Source of the DNA: Patellaria atrata CBS 101060 | Lineage: Eukaryota | DNA length: 64,000 bases | Assembly: GCA_010093705.1 (NCBI GenBank) | Contig: MU006099.1 | Location: 558,001-622,000, forward strand | Direction of reading: 5' to 3' | Shown here: positions 24,993 to 37,558 of the stretch, in pieces | Position numbering within the stretch: the first letter of the stretch is position 1 | Layout: every line of letters starts with the position of its first letter | Program-made: the position numbers and the translations under genes | Notes under the pieces: generated by a model | Seen by the model: only the letters and a program-made list of their open reading frames with translations | Told to the model about the DNA's origin: nothing | Databases searched by the model: none

Positions 24993-27685
24993 ATGCCATT
25001 GAATACAATTTCTGTCAGCGCAGCAGTTACGCCGACGGTCATTGAAACATGCTTCAAACATTACCTTAATCGCAAGCAATTAGCTCAGAAACCTACGGCA
25101 CGTATATCATATCACGAAGGTTTACAACTCATTCGCCAATTCCTCCATTATGCTTCCTTCCATACCGTCGAAGAACTTCAGGCCTTCACAGCACAATGGG
25201 TCCCAGTGCCGCGATGGGTTAAGGTCGAGGAGATTGAAGTATCACAAAAGAGACTCGAGTGCGCAGCAGCGCACATACAAAAACAGCTTGGACCAAAAGG
25301 AGTTGAAAAGGTTGGGGGAAAGAATTGGTGGCAATGGAGAAGAGACAATGCGCCTCTGAAAGCAGAGTGGATTGAGATGCGCAAGGATTATAGTGAGCGT
25401 AAAAGGACCGGCGAGAAAGGGCAGAGAATCATGATGTACATTCATGGTGGTGCGTACTATTTTGGTAGTGTCGATGAACATCGATATCAGGTGCAAAGAC
25501 ATGCGCGCAAGCTGAAGGCGAGGGTACTCGCACCAAGGTACAGATTAGCGCCACAGTTCCCATTCCCGTGTGGGTTACAAGATTGTCTTGCTACGTATTT
25601 GCATCTGTTGGAGACACATCATCCGTCTACTATCCTACTAGCTGGAGATTCAGCTGGTGGTGGGATGGCATTGAGCTTACTCGTCATATTACGAGATCAA
25701 GGGGTTCCTTTGCCGGCGGGAGTGATACTTTTATCACCATGGGTTGACTTGACGCACTCATTTCCAAGTCTAGGAGGAGACGGAAAGCTCGATTACATAC
25801 CCTCGCACGGTTTCGTCCATAAACCATCGATGGCCTGGCCGCCGCCAAATGATGATGAAATGGAAGAGCTTTACAAAGGTCTGCTGGATAACACCTCGCA
25901 GGTTAATGGAGTCAAGTCACCACAATTGAAAGCTGAGGCAAAGAAAGTTGAAAAAGATAAGGTCCGTGGGTATTCGGTGTCTCACGAGCGAGACGACCCA
26001 GAAACAACACTTAGAAAGATTGATCCCGACAAGAGCCCCAAAGCTGGTCCACACCTCGATCTTACTATCACAATTGATGGCAAATTGGTCAAACTCAAAG
26101 ATCAAATCCAATTGTATGCCCGCAATTCTCTTACAAACCACCCACTGGTCTCTCCAGTTCTGCAAACTACCTTAGGGGGCCTTCCTCCAGTGCTTATACA
26201 GGTTGGCGGTGGAGAACTGCTCCGGGATGAGCAGATATATCTAGCCCATAAACTTGCGAATCCTTTGAAATATAAACCTAGTCCAACTTTCCTCGCCGAG
26301 TACGATCCCGATGGTACCCTACTCTGGAAATACAAATCAACTGATGTACAGCTTCAAGTATGGGACGATTTGTGTCACGTCGCGCCCACTCTATCCTTCA
26401 CCCGTCCTGCAAAGTATATGTACCGCTCTATAGCTCAGTTCGGTGCATGGGCCCTCGCTAGGGCACAGAAGACAAGCATCGACATCCTCGACGACGACGA
26501 TATATCTGTCATCAGTAGTGCATCTTCTGTCAAAAGTTCTACTGAAGATTTAAAGAAGGCAACTGATGGGTCGGATACAGTTCGTGGACGATCAACAACT
26601 GTCGCGGTTGGAAAAGCAGGAGATTCTCTTCCACCGTTTCAGAAGCATATGATTCGCCAACGCGTTGATCGGAACGGAAATATCCACCCACTCGAGCCTG
26701 CGTCCGAGCTACCAGCACTAAACGTTCCGCCAGAGGAAATAGGTGTGATTAAAGAAGGACCCGTAAGGAAGTGGATGACAGCACAAGCGAAGTGGAATGG
26801 CAAGTATGCTAAACAAAAGCGAGCGGTGCAGCGGAAGCGCCTGAGCGAGATGCAAAAAGGGTATGAAGGTTTTGGCGAAGGTGCTGAGAGGGAAATACCG
26901 CCCCCGACTGCACTGGCGGGGAGGAGGTTAAAGGATATGCCGAAGCAAAAGAAGAATACAAGGAGTTGGGGTATGAGTTTGTGGAGTGTGTGGGGAAGTA
27001 AACATGATGAGGTTACTGTGAGTATTCCTACTATATTATCCCTCCTAGAAATTGAGAGAACGGAGAAGATACTAATATAAACAAGATTGAACGCGAAGAA
27101 AAAGCCGACCAAACAGAAACTGCCACAGATTCGAAAGAGACAGATGGAGCAATCACCGACACATTGACATCACCTACATCGTCTTACGCTCAATCTCGCT
27201 CACGGTCTCGCAGACGCCCCATTAAAGACGAAGGTCAAGCTGCTTCTCACTCTCAGGTAAATTTACCAACACTTACCCAACCTAATCTTCAAAAAGATGA
27301 TGCTCGAGGTCTCCCGGGTTCAGGCACAGATACCCCGACTACCGCAGGCCGGACCATAATACCAAAGACTGACACAGCAACTACAAGACCAACGAAGGGT
27401 GGAATCGCGTATCCGTTTAAATTGTCGGTCCCGGGACAGGATAAGGATGTCAATGCGTCGATGCTCACGTTAATGAGTATTCAGGGGCCGGGTACGCCGG
27501 GGTTCGAGGAGAGGAAGGAGCTTGAGGAGGTAGAGAAGAAGGGTGCTGAGGGCGAAAGGGTCATGGGAAAGGAAGAAAGTGGGGTTGCTACCAGTGGGTT
27601 GGATTCGAAAGGGGAGAAGGACATGGAGGAAGCAGTTCCGAAGAGACCTGAGCCAGAGAGGTTTATCACAGCCCCTGAGTTTTAA
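24993..27685 (+). CDS. Alpha/beta hydrolase, hormone-sensitive-lipase family esterase; intron 27018-27085
   Basis: HGGAY oxyanion motif, GDSAGG nucleophile elbow, E-LRDE and CHV catalytic His. Splice GTGAGT..CTAAT..AAG joins ORF 27164-27685 in frame. Confidence 0.9.
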
Positions 27686-28630
27686 ATGAATGATACCCGC
27701 GAAGTTGACGTAGCGCTATTAGATATTTGTAGTCTTACAATTTCTTGTGCTAAATTATGGGCCAAAAAACTCCCTAATTCCTATGACTTCTATCCAGTGA
27801 CGTGGGTTGTCTATACAAGAGTGTTTTTTACACTTAAGGGGCTAACTTTAGCCCCTGTAATCAAAATGAGTTTTCATATATACGTCATTCCGTGGATACT
27901 CATGGATGTCTGTGGATAATTACTCTGCGTTCTACAAAAATGCAACTGCAAGCTGCCAAAAATGAGTTAGTCGAATGTCGATCAACTTCCTCTTTGTTCG
28001 ATATTGACGGAAAAGGAAGACTTCTAGAAACGGGATAGTGCAATTAGGTAATAGAGTACTATTTTAATTCTCACCAGAACGTCCTTGGTCCCTTAGTTGC
28101 TCACTTCCAACCACACCAACATCCTGTTCTCTTTGCTTGCACTGATATCGCAAGTTGCTGAGTGATGGCATGATTATGGCGAGCTGAGAGTTGACGCTCT
28201 CACAGCGATGCGAGGTTCACACGCCAAGTATGCACCTTTCAGCTCGCAGTTTATCATCTACTCACACGTCTGACTTCGAGATTGGATAAAGGTGAAATCT
28301 TACCTCAACTATACATATTCGACTGTTATTCCATGGAACCGAGTTTAGAAAATTGGTAACCTGAGAGCTCTTTTAGTGGTGAAGTTGGTTTGTGGCTATC
28401 TCCTACCCCTACCAAATATGCCTCAAGAACCTAGCGAAGTGTTAGAGAAAGCTGAAAACTCACCTCGAATTTCTTATATAAACAGTCCTATTGTTTCCTG
28501 GAATTCAACTCTAGAAATCCGTTTCAAGCTCTTCAATAAATTTTCTCGTCTCCGTTTGCAGTTAGTACCTCAGTTCAACCTTTCACACCATAAGAGTTAT
28601 TCTGTGTAGTGCGTGTCAGTAAGGAATATC

Positions 28631-29301
28631 ATGGCAAACCGTTAGTCGCGCCCGCATCCAAGATAATATCTGCTTGTTAACCATATGAAGCGATCAACAA
28701 CCTCCTGAATCCCCAACCAAATGTGAATGTCCACCAACTTCTGGGGAATTTACCTCAACATGACATCCAGCAGGACAATTGGGGATTCCTGGATTTCCAA
28801 AACGGTCGGACATGGTATACATGTGACGAAAAAGTCGGCCTTCAATATGCTGACATTGGCCCCAACAAACTCATCGGTACTACCGGCCTCGCCTCGTGCA
28901 CCGCTATCATGATCGCCAACCGGAACTGTGCCATCGTGGGTCACTTTTCTCCAGGAACAGGCACTAATGACTTCCGCAACTTCGTCATTAACCCGTCCTG
29001 GTTACATCGTTTGCAGGGTGCGAATACCGGAGCGTGGATATTTCATGCTAGTAAAGATCAAGGCGAAAATGTACCACACAACGACAATTCGGGTACATGG
29101 TTGGACGTAAAAGATCTGAGGGATATCCTTCTCGATGACCTCCATTTGGATGAACTTAATATCGGGCTACTCATGTACAAACCTCCTGTGGAGGGGTCCC
29201 CTCTCGGTACGGGTGGAGAAGAAACTGTTATGGTAGATGGGAGAAATAGTCCTGGACTATTTCCTCAGGTGTATGCTCAGGGCTTTAATCTACTAACATG
29301 A
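28631..29301 (+). CDS. Hypothetical protein with CheD/CNF1-like Cys-His motif; intron 28641-28690
   Basis: ATG GCA AAC C|GTTAGT..TTAAC..AAG|CG ATC is in frame with ORF 28723-29301. TATATAA near 28475. Motif IGTTGLASCTAIMIANRNCAIVGHFSP. Confidence 0.72.
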
Positions 29302-30039
29302 TAGGAGACGTTAGTCTAGGAACCGAGGACTGCGATGACAGTCATGAATACAAGGGGCTTAGATGATCTTTCCTATCTTATTTTGATGTGCCCGTCTCGG
29401 TGATTAGCTATTCGCTGTATAAAGCGTAAGGGAGTCTCTGGGACCACGGCATAAATACGAAGGCCGTTCATATCGTTTAACTTTAGTACAACTACCATGT
29501 CGATTTCACTTCAATGTACTTTTGAGAGTCCATGTCTTGTCCAACAATGAGTAATGCGAATTGTCGGAGTGAAGATGAGAGCAGTAACTGCTATCTATTG
29601 AAATTCTAGTGACTGAAAAATAGATATTATCATTTACAAATTTGATGCTACCTATGGGGAAATAGCAATAATTCAAGTGCCGAGAAGACAAATACTTCCT
29701 TAAAGGGAATAGCACGTCTTGGCGAGATATGCATAGTTCTAACGACAGCGCGACATGCTATTTTCGGAAGTCTAAGATAGTTATATTATAGAGCAATTTT
29801 CTTGATGAAAGTGCCAGGGATAGACCCGTGCAGTTAGTTTTTGGAATGTGGACTGTGTCCATGGATTTTTTCATATAGTTCCTGATTGATAAATCTCATA
29901 CAAGACCGTCTCGGGCATTTTACCGTAGAGATAAGGACTCAGTTCCATACTCCATCTTTCCCCTTCGTTTCGTTTTCATTGAAGATTCCTCACAGTTCCC
30001 CTTCCGTTTTTTAAATTTCAGAATTAGCATCATATCACC

Positions 30040-31332
30040 ATGTCCGATTCATCATCCTCCAAGTTCTCCATTAAACCCCGTATCATTATACATGGTGGTG
30101 CTGGTAATATATCTCACGAGACTGTTCCTCCCTCCGCTATGTCTGAATACCGCCAATCTCTCCTTTCTGTGCTCTCTTCCTGCAATCTCTTACTCAGTCA
30201 CCCCTCTGCCACCGCTCTCGACATCGCCACCTACGCCGTGGCACTGCTAGAAAACAACCCGCTCTTCAACTGCGGACACGGCGCCGTCTTCACCCGTTCC
30301 GGAACCATCGAGCTTGAGGCTAGCATCATGGTCAGCGACGGACACCACAAGCGCGGTGTCGGCTGTATGTTGCTAGAACGAGTCAAGAACCCGATCAAAC
30401 TCGCACGAGAGATGCTGGTGAGGGGTGATGATGAAAATGGGTGGGGCGGAGGCGCTGGAGGTCATTCCCAGCTGAGTGGGCGGGCTCTTGAAAAATTGGC
30501 GGAGAGATGGGGTTTGGAAATGGTTGATCCCCGCTATTTCTGGACGAGGAAACGGTGGGATGAACATATAAGGGGTCTGGAGCGGGAGAAAAAAGGGAAG
30601 CATGGAAAAGATATTTATCGCCATGATATCCAGCCTCTCGATTGGGGAAAGGAACCAGGCTGGGATGGGGAGGAGTACTTACCCCAAGGCACCGTTGGTG
30701 CTGTTGTCCTCGATCGGTTCGGCACAATTTGTGTCGCGACGTCTACTGGTGGGTTGACGAATAAGCTCCCCGGACGCATTGGAGATACACCAACTTTAGG
30801 CGCTGGGTTCTGGGCCGAGCAGTGGGAGGAAAAGACTCCGAAGATGCTGTACCAGCCCAGTCCACCGGTCTTAAACACATCATTAGACCAACTATCCCGC
30901 GGTGATATATCCAGCTTCCTCTCCGCTTGTCTTCCTCATGGACTCTCATCCACAACACAGCCGCTTCCCTCCTTAGAGAAACAGAAGCCAAGCAAACAGC
31001 ACCGCGCCCTCGCCATGTCCGGTACTGGGAACGGCGACTCCTTCCTTCGCGTATCCGCTTGCCGTACCGCGGCTGCTATGTGTCGCTTCTCTACACCTGC
31101 GCCTTCCCTCCAGACTGCGGTTAGCGAAGTTGCAGGTCCTGGTGGAGAACTGCAACGCTCTGCTGGTGAGAGATGGGGAAATGGTACTTTTGACGGTGAG
31201 GGAGGGATCATTGGGATAGAGCTAATCGATGGTGAGGGAAAGGTTGCGTTTGATTTCAATTGTGGGGGAATGTTTAGGGCGTACTATGATGATGAAGGCA
31301 AGCCGAGGTTTGGGTGTTTTCATAATGAATGA
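30040..31332 (+). CDS. Isoaspartyl peptidase / L-asparaginase type 2 (Ntn hydrolase)
   Basis: IIIHGGAG, LENNPLFNCGHG, QGTVGAV (Thr nucleophile), TSTGG, GRIGDTP and SGTGNGD motifs. Confidence 0.93.
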   Translation: MSDSSSSKFSIKPRIIIHGGAGNISHETVPPSAMSEYRQSLLSVLSSCNLLLSHPSATALDIATYAVALLENNPLFNCGHGAVFTRSGTIELEASIMVSDGHHKRGVGCMLLERVKNPIKLAREMLVRGDDENGWGGGAGGHSQLSGRALEKLAERWGLEMVDPRYFWTRKRWDEHIRGLEREKKGKHGKDIYRHDIQPLDWGKEPGWDGEEYLPQGTVGAVVLDRFGTICVATSTGGLTNKLPGRIGDTPTLGAGFWAEQWEEKTPKMLYQPSPPVLNTSLDQLSRGDISSFLSACLPHGLSSTTQPLPSLEKQKPSKQHRALAMSGTGNGDSFLRVSACRTAAAMCRFSTPAPSLQTAVSEVAGPGGELQRSAGERWGNGTFDGEGGIIGIELIDGEGKVAFDFNCGGMFRAYYDDEGKPRFGCFHNE

Positions 31333-32042
31333 TGAGGACTTGACGAATCATATGAGTCTGGAACACTATCTTATCCTATGTTACATGATCTCAGGTGCGA
31401 TATTCTAATATCGACCTTATTATTACTGGGATCTGGTGCCTTTTACTTGCTTTGAACAGTGGAGTGTTCGCAACTCGGTCTATCTTGTACTCCCTCCTTC
31501 TAATGCGCTCTAAACTCGACTGTAAAGGGAAAAGGATAATCTTCGGTACCTTGAATTGTCTGAACAACCTAACAGTACAGATGTACAGTACAAGTTGTTG
31601 TTTTGCGCTCACGCTCCCAAGAGGTGGTTGACCTTACTTTACAGGTAACTTGAGGTGAAGGGAAACATGACAATTGATGAAATACCCCATAATTCCAATT
31701 CTTGAGGTCACCTATTGAGAGGTACTGCTCGTTGAGAACACTAGGTTGTGAAGAAGATGGATGGCACCTCCAAAATCCAAAAGGGTTTTTAGATGTTGTT
31801 GGAAACCAATCCGCAACCCAAGGGACCTCTGATTCCCGAGAAAGATTAGGCGTGGCTAGCGGGATCTTTGCCGCCAAAACTTGCTGCGTCGTCAATTCTA
31901 ATTCCACCTCCGAGCATCAGTATCCAGTCAGTCCTCCTAGAGTAATTCCAACTTTATATATACTGTAACAACAGATTCGGAAAATTATTGATATAATATA
32001 CGTTCAACAAATAGTTGAATAGGCTTTCCAGCATTCTCCACT

Positions 32043-33522
32043 ATGCAGGCCTCCCGATGGGCAACGCCGTCCACCGAACCGCCCTCGACATCACTCTCAG
32101 AGCAAGAACAACCAGAACCTTCTCCAGCTAAGCAGGAAGCTTCTACTCCCAACTTACGACCCGTACCTGAAGCTCAGGAAACATCCTACACAACCGTAAG
32201 CTTTATGCTTTTTGTATATTAATAGTGTAGACTTAACAATCAAATAGCAAGACTATCCCTCTTACCCCACCGACGACCCAGACATGGACGAGTTCGCCCA
32301 AACCCGTGCCCCCGACGACCTCTTCGACGACGACTTCGTCCCTATAGCCGAACCAGTTGAAGAAGTCGCGCCAGCACCTGCTCCCCCGCCTCCCCCTGAA
32401 CCGGCTCATGCACAGATACCTCGAGGTCCCAGAGGCGGAAGACCAGACCGTGGTGGCAGAGGTAGGGGGCGAAGCGATAGAATCGCACATCAAGTCCCTT
32501 CGCAGCATCAACCACAACAACAGAAGCTAGACACGGCATCCGCCGCTCCTCCTTCCACCACCGTTGCTCCTGCAGATGCTGACACCGCTGCCGGCGCAGA
32601 ACCTGGCGCGCAAGCCACTGGAGATGATAAGCAAGCACAACACAAGAAAGACGCCGCAGTAAGAGGCGACCGTAGTGCAACCGGTGGTGTGAAAAAGGTA
32701 CATACGACCCTACCCCATACCAGCATGCCCAAACCCCCAATCCCACCTAACCCCGCTAACCCCACCCCGCAGGACAAACTCACCGAAGAACAACTAACAG
32801 AGCGCCTAAACGCCATGTCCCTCAAAAATGCATCTCTCGCCGCCGCTCATGCGCGTGCCGAAGCTGACGCCTCCGCTTTCTCGGCCCGCGAGTCTGCCGC
32901 CGCGGTCGAGCGCGCCGCCCGCCAGAAGCAGGACCGCCAGAACAGACAGCAGATGATGGGTGAGCGCGAGCGGAACAGACAAAGAAAGCTTAACGCGCTA
33001 GGCGGACGCGAGTGGGACGCGGAGAAGGAAGAGAATTTTGCCGGCGTGGGTGAGGAGAGGAGGGGGAATAGGAGGGGTGCTTTTGGTGGTGTTGTGGCGC
33101 CGAGGAACGAAGGCCCAAGGAGTGAGAATGCGAGAGTGGATGCAGCGGATGATGCTGTGTCACATTCTCAGCCGTCGCGCGGTCGAGGTGGTGACCGCGG
33201 ACGTGGAGGCCGTGGGAGAGGTGGGAGAGGGAGAGGGAGAGGCGGCGATGGTGGTCCTGCAAATGTCAAATCGCGACCACAGCAAGCGCCCCCCACCGCG
33301 GATGAATTCCCAGACCTCCCGGCTGCTACAAAGAAGGACAAGGAAGGTGCTGCGCCGCCGAAACCACTCGAATTCCCAACCAGAGCAAAGACTGCCGGCG
33401 ATTCGCAGACACAGACTTCAGACCCACGGCCAGGCATCAACAAGCAGGAGAGCTTCGGTCTCGGAAGTCCCGGTGTGAGTGGAGAGCCTAAGAGCTGGGC
33501 GGATCAGGTGGAAGCAGCCTGA
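32043..33522 (+). CDS. RGG-rich low-complexity/coiled-coil protein, probably RNA-binding; introns 32196-32247 and 32698-32772
   Basis: Upstream exon MQASRWA.. splices (GTAAGC..TAG) in frame to ORF 32284. Contains RGG boxes, REWDAEK and C-terminal SWADQVE. Confidence 0.8.
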
Positions 33523-35110
33523 TGACTGTTCGCGCCTAGTGGAAACTGGGCTTGTTGATGCAGGGCGGATCACTGTGGACTTGAAAAATTGCATTGTACA
33601 CTATAGCATGGCGTTGGGATGTTATTGTGTATGCACCGTGGGATGGAGACGTCAGTGTTAGATTTGTAGAAGTGGGGTATTGGGTGGAACCTTTATGCTG
33701 TTATAGAGTCTGCGCTCTTCCGCTGCTAGTCAGAGGTATGTTTGAAGATAACAAGATCGTTCTTGGTGCGATGTCTTCCAATGGACAGATGTCAAAAGAT
33801 ATTCTATCTCCCCAAATAGACCACAGCCGGTAATTTCATCATGAAATATATAGAAATAGTCATTAATCCCATTAACAATCCTGGGACGAAATGCTCCAAC
33901 ATACGAAGAACATCCATAATAGGTGGGTGATCTGTGAAAATAAACACCAAAGCGTTAGCAATACGAAAAGAAAAAGTTAAAAAGAGCAGTTTGTAACGAC
34001 CTCGGAATTTAAAGATTAACAGCACTGATGCGGCTCCCTCAGAATGCCGAATTCACAATCGCAGGGGACAAATCTCTAGTTCACTATCGCTCGTCCAGAC
34101 GGCCAATATCTTCAGGAGCCTCCTTGCGGAGGTCTTTATCCCATCCCTGGCGCTGGCGAGGCTCGAACAGCGGACCATTCGAGCTAGCAGAGCGCGAGGA
34201 TCAGCATTAGGCATCAAGCCTTAGGCCAAACGCCCTTGATTATTGAGTTCTGAACTTCTTGGCACAAGCATGTAGCCCTTCGCACTCGTTTGAGCTTCAG
34301 TACGGGAGTGTAAACGGGAGCGGGAACCGCAACGGGAACGGAACGAAGCACGCCGCAAGCCGCGAGCTGAAGCTGCTTCCCGTACCGTATGAAATTCTGT
34401 ATTTCTGTGATTTGAAGCCTTATGTGATCTACGACAAATTTTCAGACAGTATTGATGGGAAAGAGAATTTCGGAGTCATACATAATTAGAATACCAATTA
34501 AGCACGGGCATTGCGTGAAATAGACCGATTAAGCTTTCAAAATGGGACAACTCGTTACGCTTTCCTTGCTGTTATTAGTCGTTGGTTTTAAAGTCTCGAA
34601 CCCATCTAGGAGAACAATCCTGACCCAAATATGGCGGCTAGAGACGCAGCTAGATCTACGATAGCGGCTGGCTTATCAGGTTGAGCTCAAGACTCACAAG
34701 GGAAATGACGAGCGTCTTTGAAAGACTGGCCTGAAGGATAGAACAACGGCGTATATGGAAGAATTGGAAGATGTTCACAATGGAAGAGGTATGAGACGGT
34801 AACGATCGAGGAAGGGAACATGATCGGTTTCAGTAGATATTCTTTCACGACGGCAGCCTATCATCTTGCCTGGAAATGGAGCGATATACGAAACCTCATT
34901 TTGTAATAGGAGCGTACCATACCAGAATAACGGCGCATTCAAGGGAATTCGAAGGAAGTATAAGTCGGTTCTACTTTTATGCTACGTAAGTACAAACACA
35001 TACGCTGATATCTGTATTTGCACTCGTTCATCGAACCTGTTGGAGAGCAAGGTTCGACAAGAAGTAGCGGCCTACCTATGGAAGGAACGCTCTATGTCAT
35101 AATAGTATAA

Positions 35111-37032
35111 CTAAACGTGGAGTTGGGCTGTGACGGTGGACGTTATGTAACCCTTGTACTTTTCCAGCTTCCCGTCGACAACTCCATTCGAACCGGCGTA
35201 TCGCTCAACAATCTCCGCAGATCGGCCGATGAAAAGCTTAGCGTCCAGTAGGTCATCGATATCGTCCCATATCGGTTTCTAATTACTATAGGTCAGAAGA
35301 AGAAGTGAATCTTCATGAAGTAACCTACAAAGAACTCTGTCTTCTTGATACGTTCTATGAGATCGTTTTTACGACCCTCAATTTTCATAACGTGGACTGT
35401 CTCACGGGACAGAATACGAATGTGTTCATGAGCTTCCTGACGGGAGACGCCATGGGCGACAAGTTTCATGATAATATTCTCGGTTGCCATAAAAGGAAGC
35501 TCCTGTTCAAGCTGAGATTTGATCATTGCTGGAAAAACAACGAGACCATTGGTGACGTCATCCAGCAATGTTAGAATGGAATCGGACAAGAGGAACATCT
35601 CAGGTATGTCAATTCGGCGAATTGCGCTGTCGTCCAGAGTCCTCTCGAGCCATTGACTAGAAAATGTTTCCGAGAAGTTAACGTTGATGTTGCTTAATTT
35701 TCGACCAAGACTGCAGACGCGTTCGGACCGCATCGGGTTCATCTTGTAACTCATGGCCGAGCTCCCAGTCTACTCAATTAGCTCATTGCCGACAGGACCT
35801 GGGAACTATTATTTACCTGTGTGGCTTCATGAGGCTCATCGAGCACTTTGTCGTGTGCTAGATGGCGAATGTCCTAATGACGATTATTCAAGAAAGGGTT
35901 AGAATTCGAAGTAGAGCATCTTACGGTAGCAATACGAATAGCGCTGGCACCAAATGCTGAGAGGGCATTGGCGATACGCAAATCGACTTTCCGTGTGTAT
36001 GTCTGAGTGGAGATATCATAGCAAGATGCAAACCCTGCTTTCTCGCAGAGGATCTTGTTGAGTTGATCAATCTTAGAAGTATCACCGTGAAAGATCTCCA
36101 TGAATGACGCCTATGTTCAGTGGTAAGTAAGGTTGCTGTTAGTGATATGGGAATACTACCTGAGTTCCCGTCGTGCCTTGGGCACCGCGAAATTTGAGGT
36201 TATTTCGGACATATTCAATATCTTCTAGATCGAGAACTAAGTCCTGCATCCACTGCGCAGCGCGACGCCCTACGGTGATAGGCTGAGCTGCTTGGTAATG
36301 CCTTTGCGTAAGATTTAGCAACGTCTCGCCTTACAAATACAAGAGCAATATAATCATATGGACATACGTGAATCCTAGGGTAGGTAAGTCCTTATACTTG
36401 AGTGCAAACTGGGACAGGTTATGAATGACCTTCGCCAATTTTGGAAGGACCAGATCAAGTGCGTTACGAAGAAAGATGAGATCGGCATTATCAGTCACCT
36501 ATGAGAGACATGTAAGATCTATGCAATCGGAATATTGCATACATTGACAGGAGAAATGAGAAGACATACTAAATATGTCTCGTTAGCTACGTTCAAGTGA
36601 AATGAGATAATTAAACTTGATATAACAAACCGTAACACGAGGTAGCCCCAACATGAATGATTCCAGCAGCATCTGGGGCATCTTTTTCGAGCGCAAATAC
36701 ATGGCTCATGACATCGTGACGGCGAATGCGCTCCTCAGCAGCAATCACTTGAAAGGCCTCATCGCTCACCACGAGGTGTGTCCGAATTGCCTCAATCGCT
36801 TTGTCAGTGATCTGGGCGAGCCCCAGTTGCTTTTCTGCTTCGGCGAGCCAGAGCCAGAGTTTGCGCCAGGTAGTAGCTCTCTCTCGGGCAGAGAAGATTT
36901 TTCTCATTTCAGGACCTGATCAACTCAGCGGTCGATCTGAGCAACCAACTACGACCAAAGCTCCAAAACATCACAATACTTACTTGCATAACGAGATGCC
37001 AACGGCGTCTCGTACTCGTCGTATTTTGGCAT
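35111..37032 (-). CDS. ADE13: Adenylosuccinate lyase family protein (divergent Ade13-like), multi-exon, with a stwintron at 36499-36631
   Basis: [49 protein letters not shown] and [15 protein letters not shown]. Introns include 36916-36983, 36302-36368 and 36111-36159. Confidence 0.9.
36499..36631 (-). other. Spliceosomal twin intron (stwintron), [D1,2]/[A2,3] dual type
   Basis: Minus strand reads TAC G GTTTGT..GCTAAC..TTTA-G-TATGT..TCTTAC..CATAG GTG ACT. Two introns share G36569. Confidence 0.8.
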
Positions 37033-37558
37033 GATTTTTGATAATACTGAATTAACTGTAGATGTTTCCAAGAAACCTAAGAACAATAACAAACTTTGAA
37101 AGACCTCAACCATAAGTGGGATCCTCGGTAATACTTTCCCCACCAGCCACTAACAGTTAGATCGAAAACTTAAACTGAACGGTATTTGAACAACCAGATA
37201 ACGGAGATGTCAGGCGGTAGTTATCTGACTGTCAGTTTACTATCATTACCAATATGCACAAACCAGAATTGACGCTGTACTGCTCATTCATACGCTCGAT
37301 TCTTGGCCGACTTTAAGATTCCGTGCTCGACAAGCGAACTTGATTTAACTATGTTATAGATATGATTTGATATGCTATCTCCTCCTTTCAGTAAATAAAT
37401 ACCTTGTACCGGCGCATGCGGGGAGAGTCGGTACCATTTCATCTTCAGCTGAGTGTTTGAAGTAACTGAAGGGCTGGCAGATCTCGTTGTGAGGACATAC
37501 ATTCGTGGAGTCGTACGCGAGACGGGATGATTCGCGCTACCATCGCGGCCAATATGCT

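Noticed and set aside
31391..31968. Overlapping short ORFs between the asparaginase and RGG genes
   Set aside because: No recognisable motifs, mostly non-ATG starts and no coherent splice model.
34028..35102. Coding-looking fragments downstream of the ADE13-like gene
   Set aside because: Many stops in all frames and no identifiable family; cannot support even a pseudogene call.
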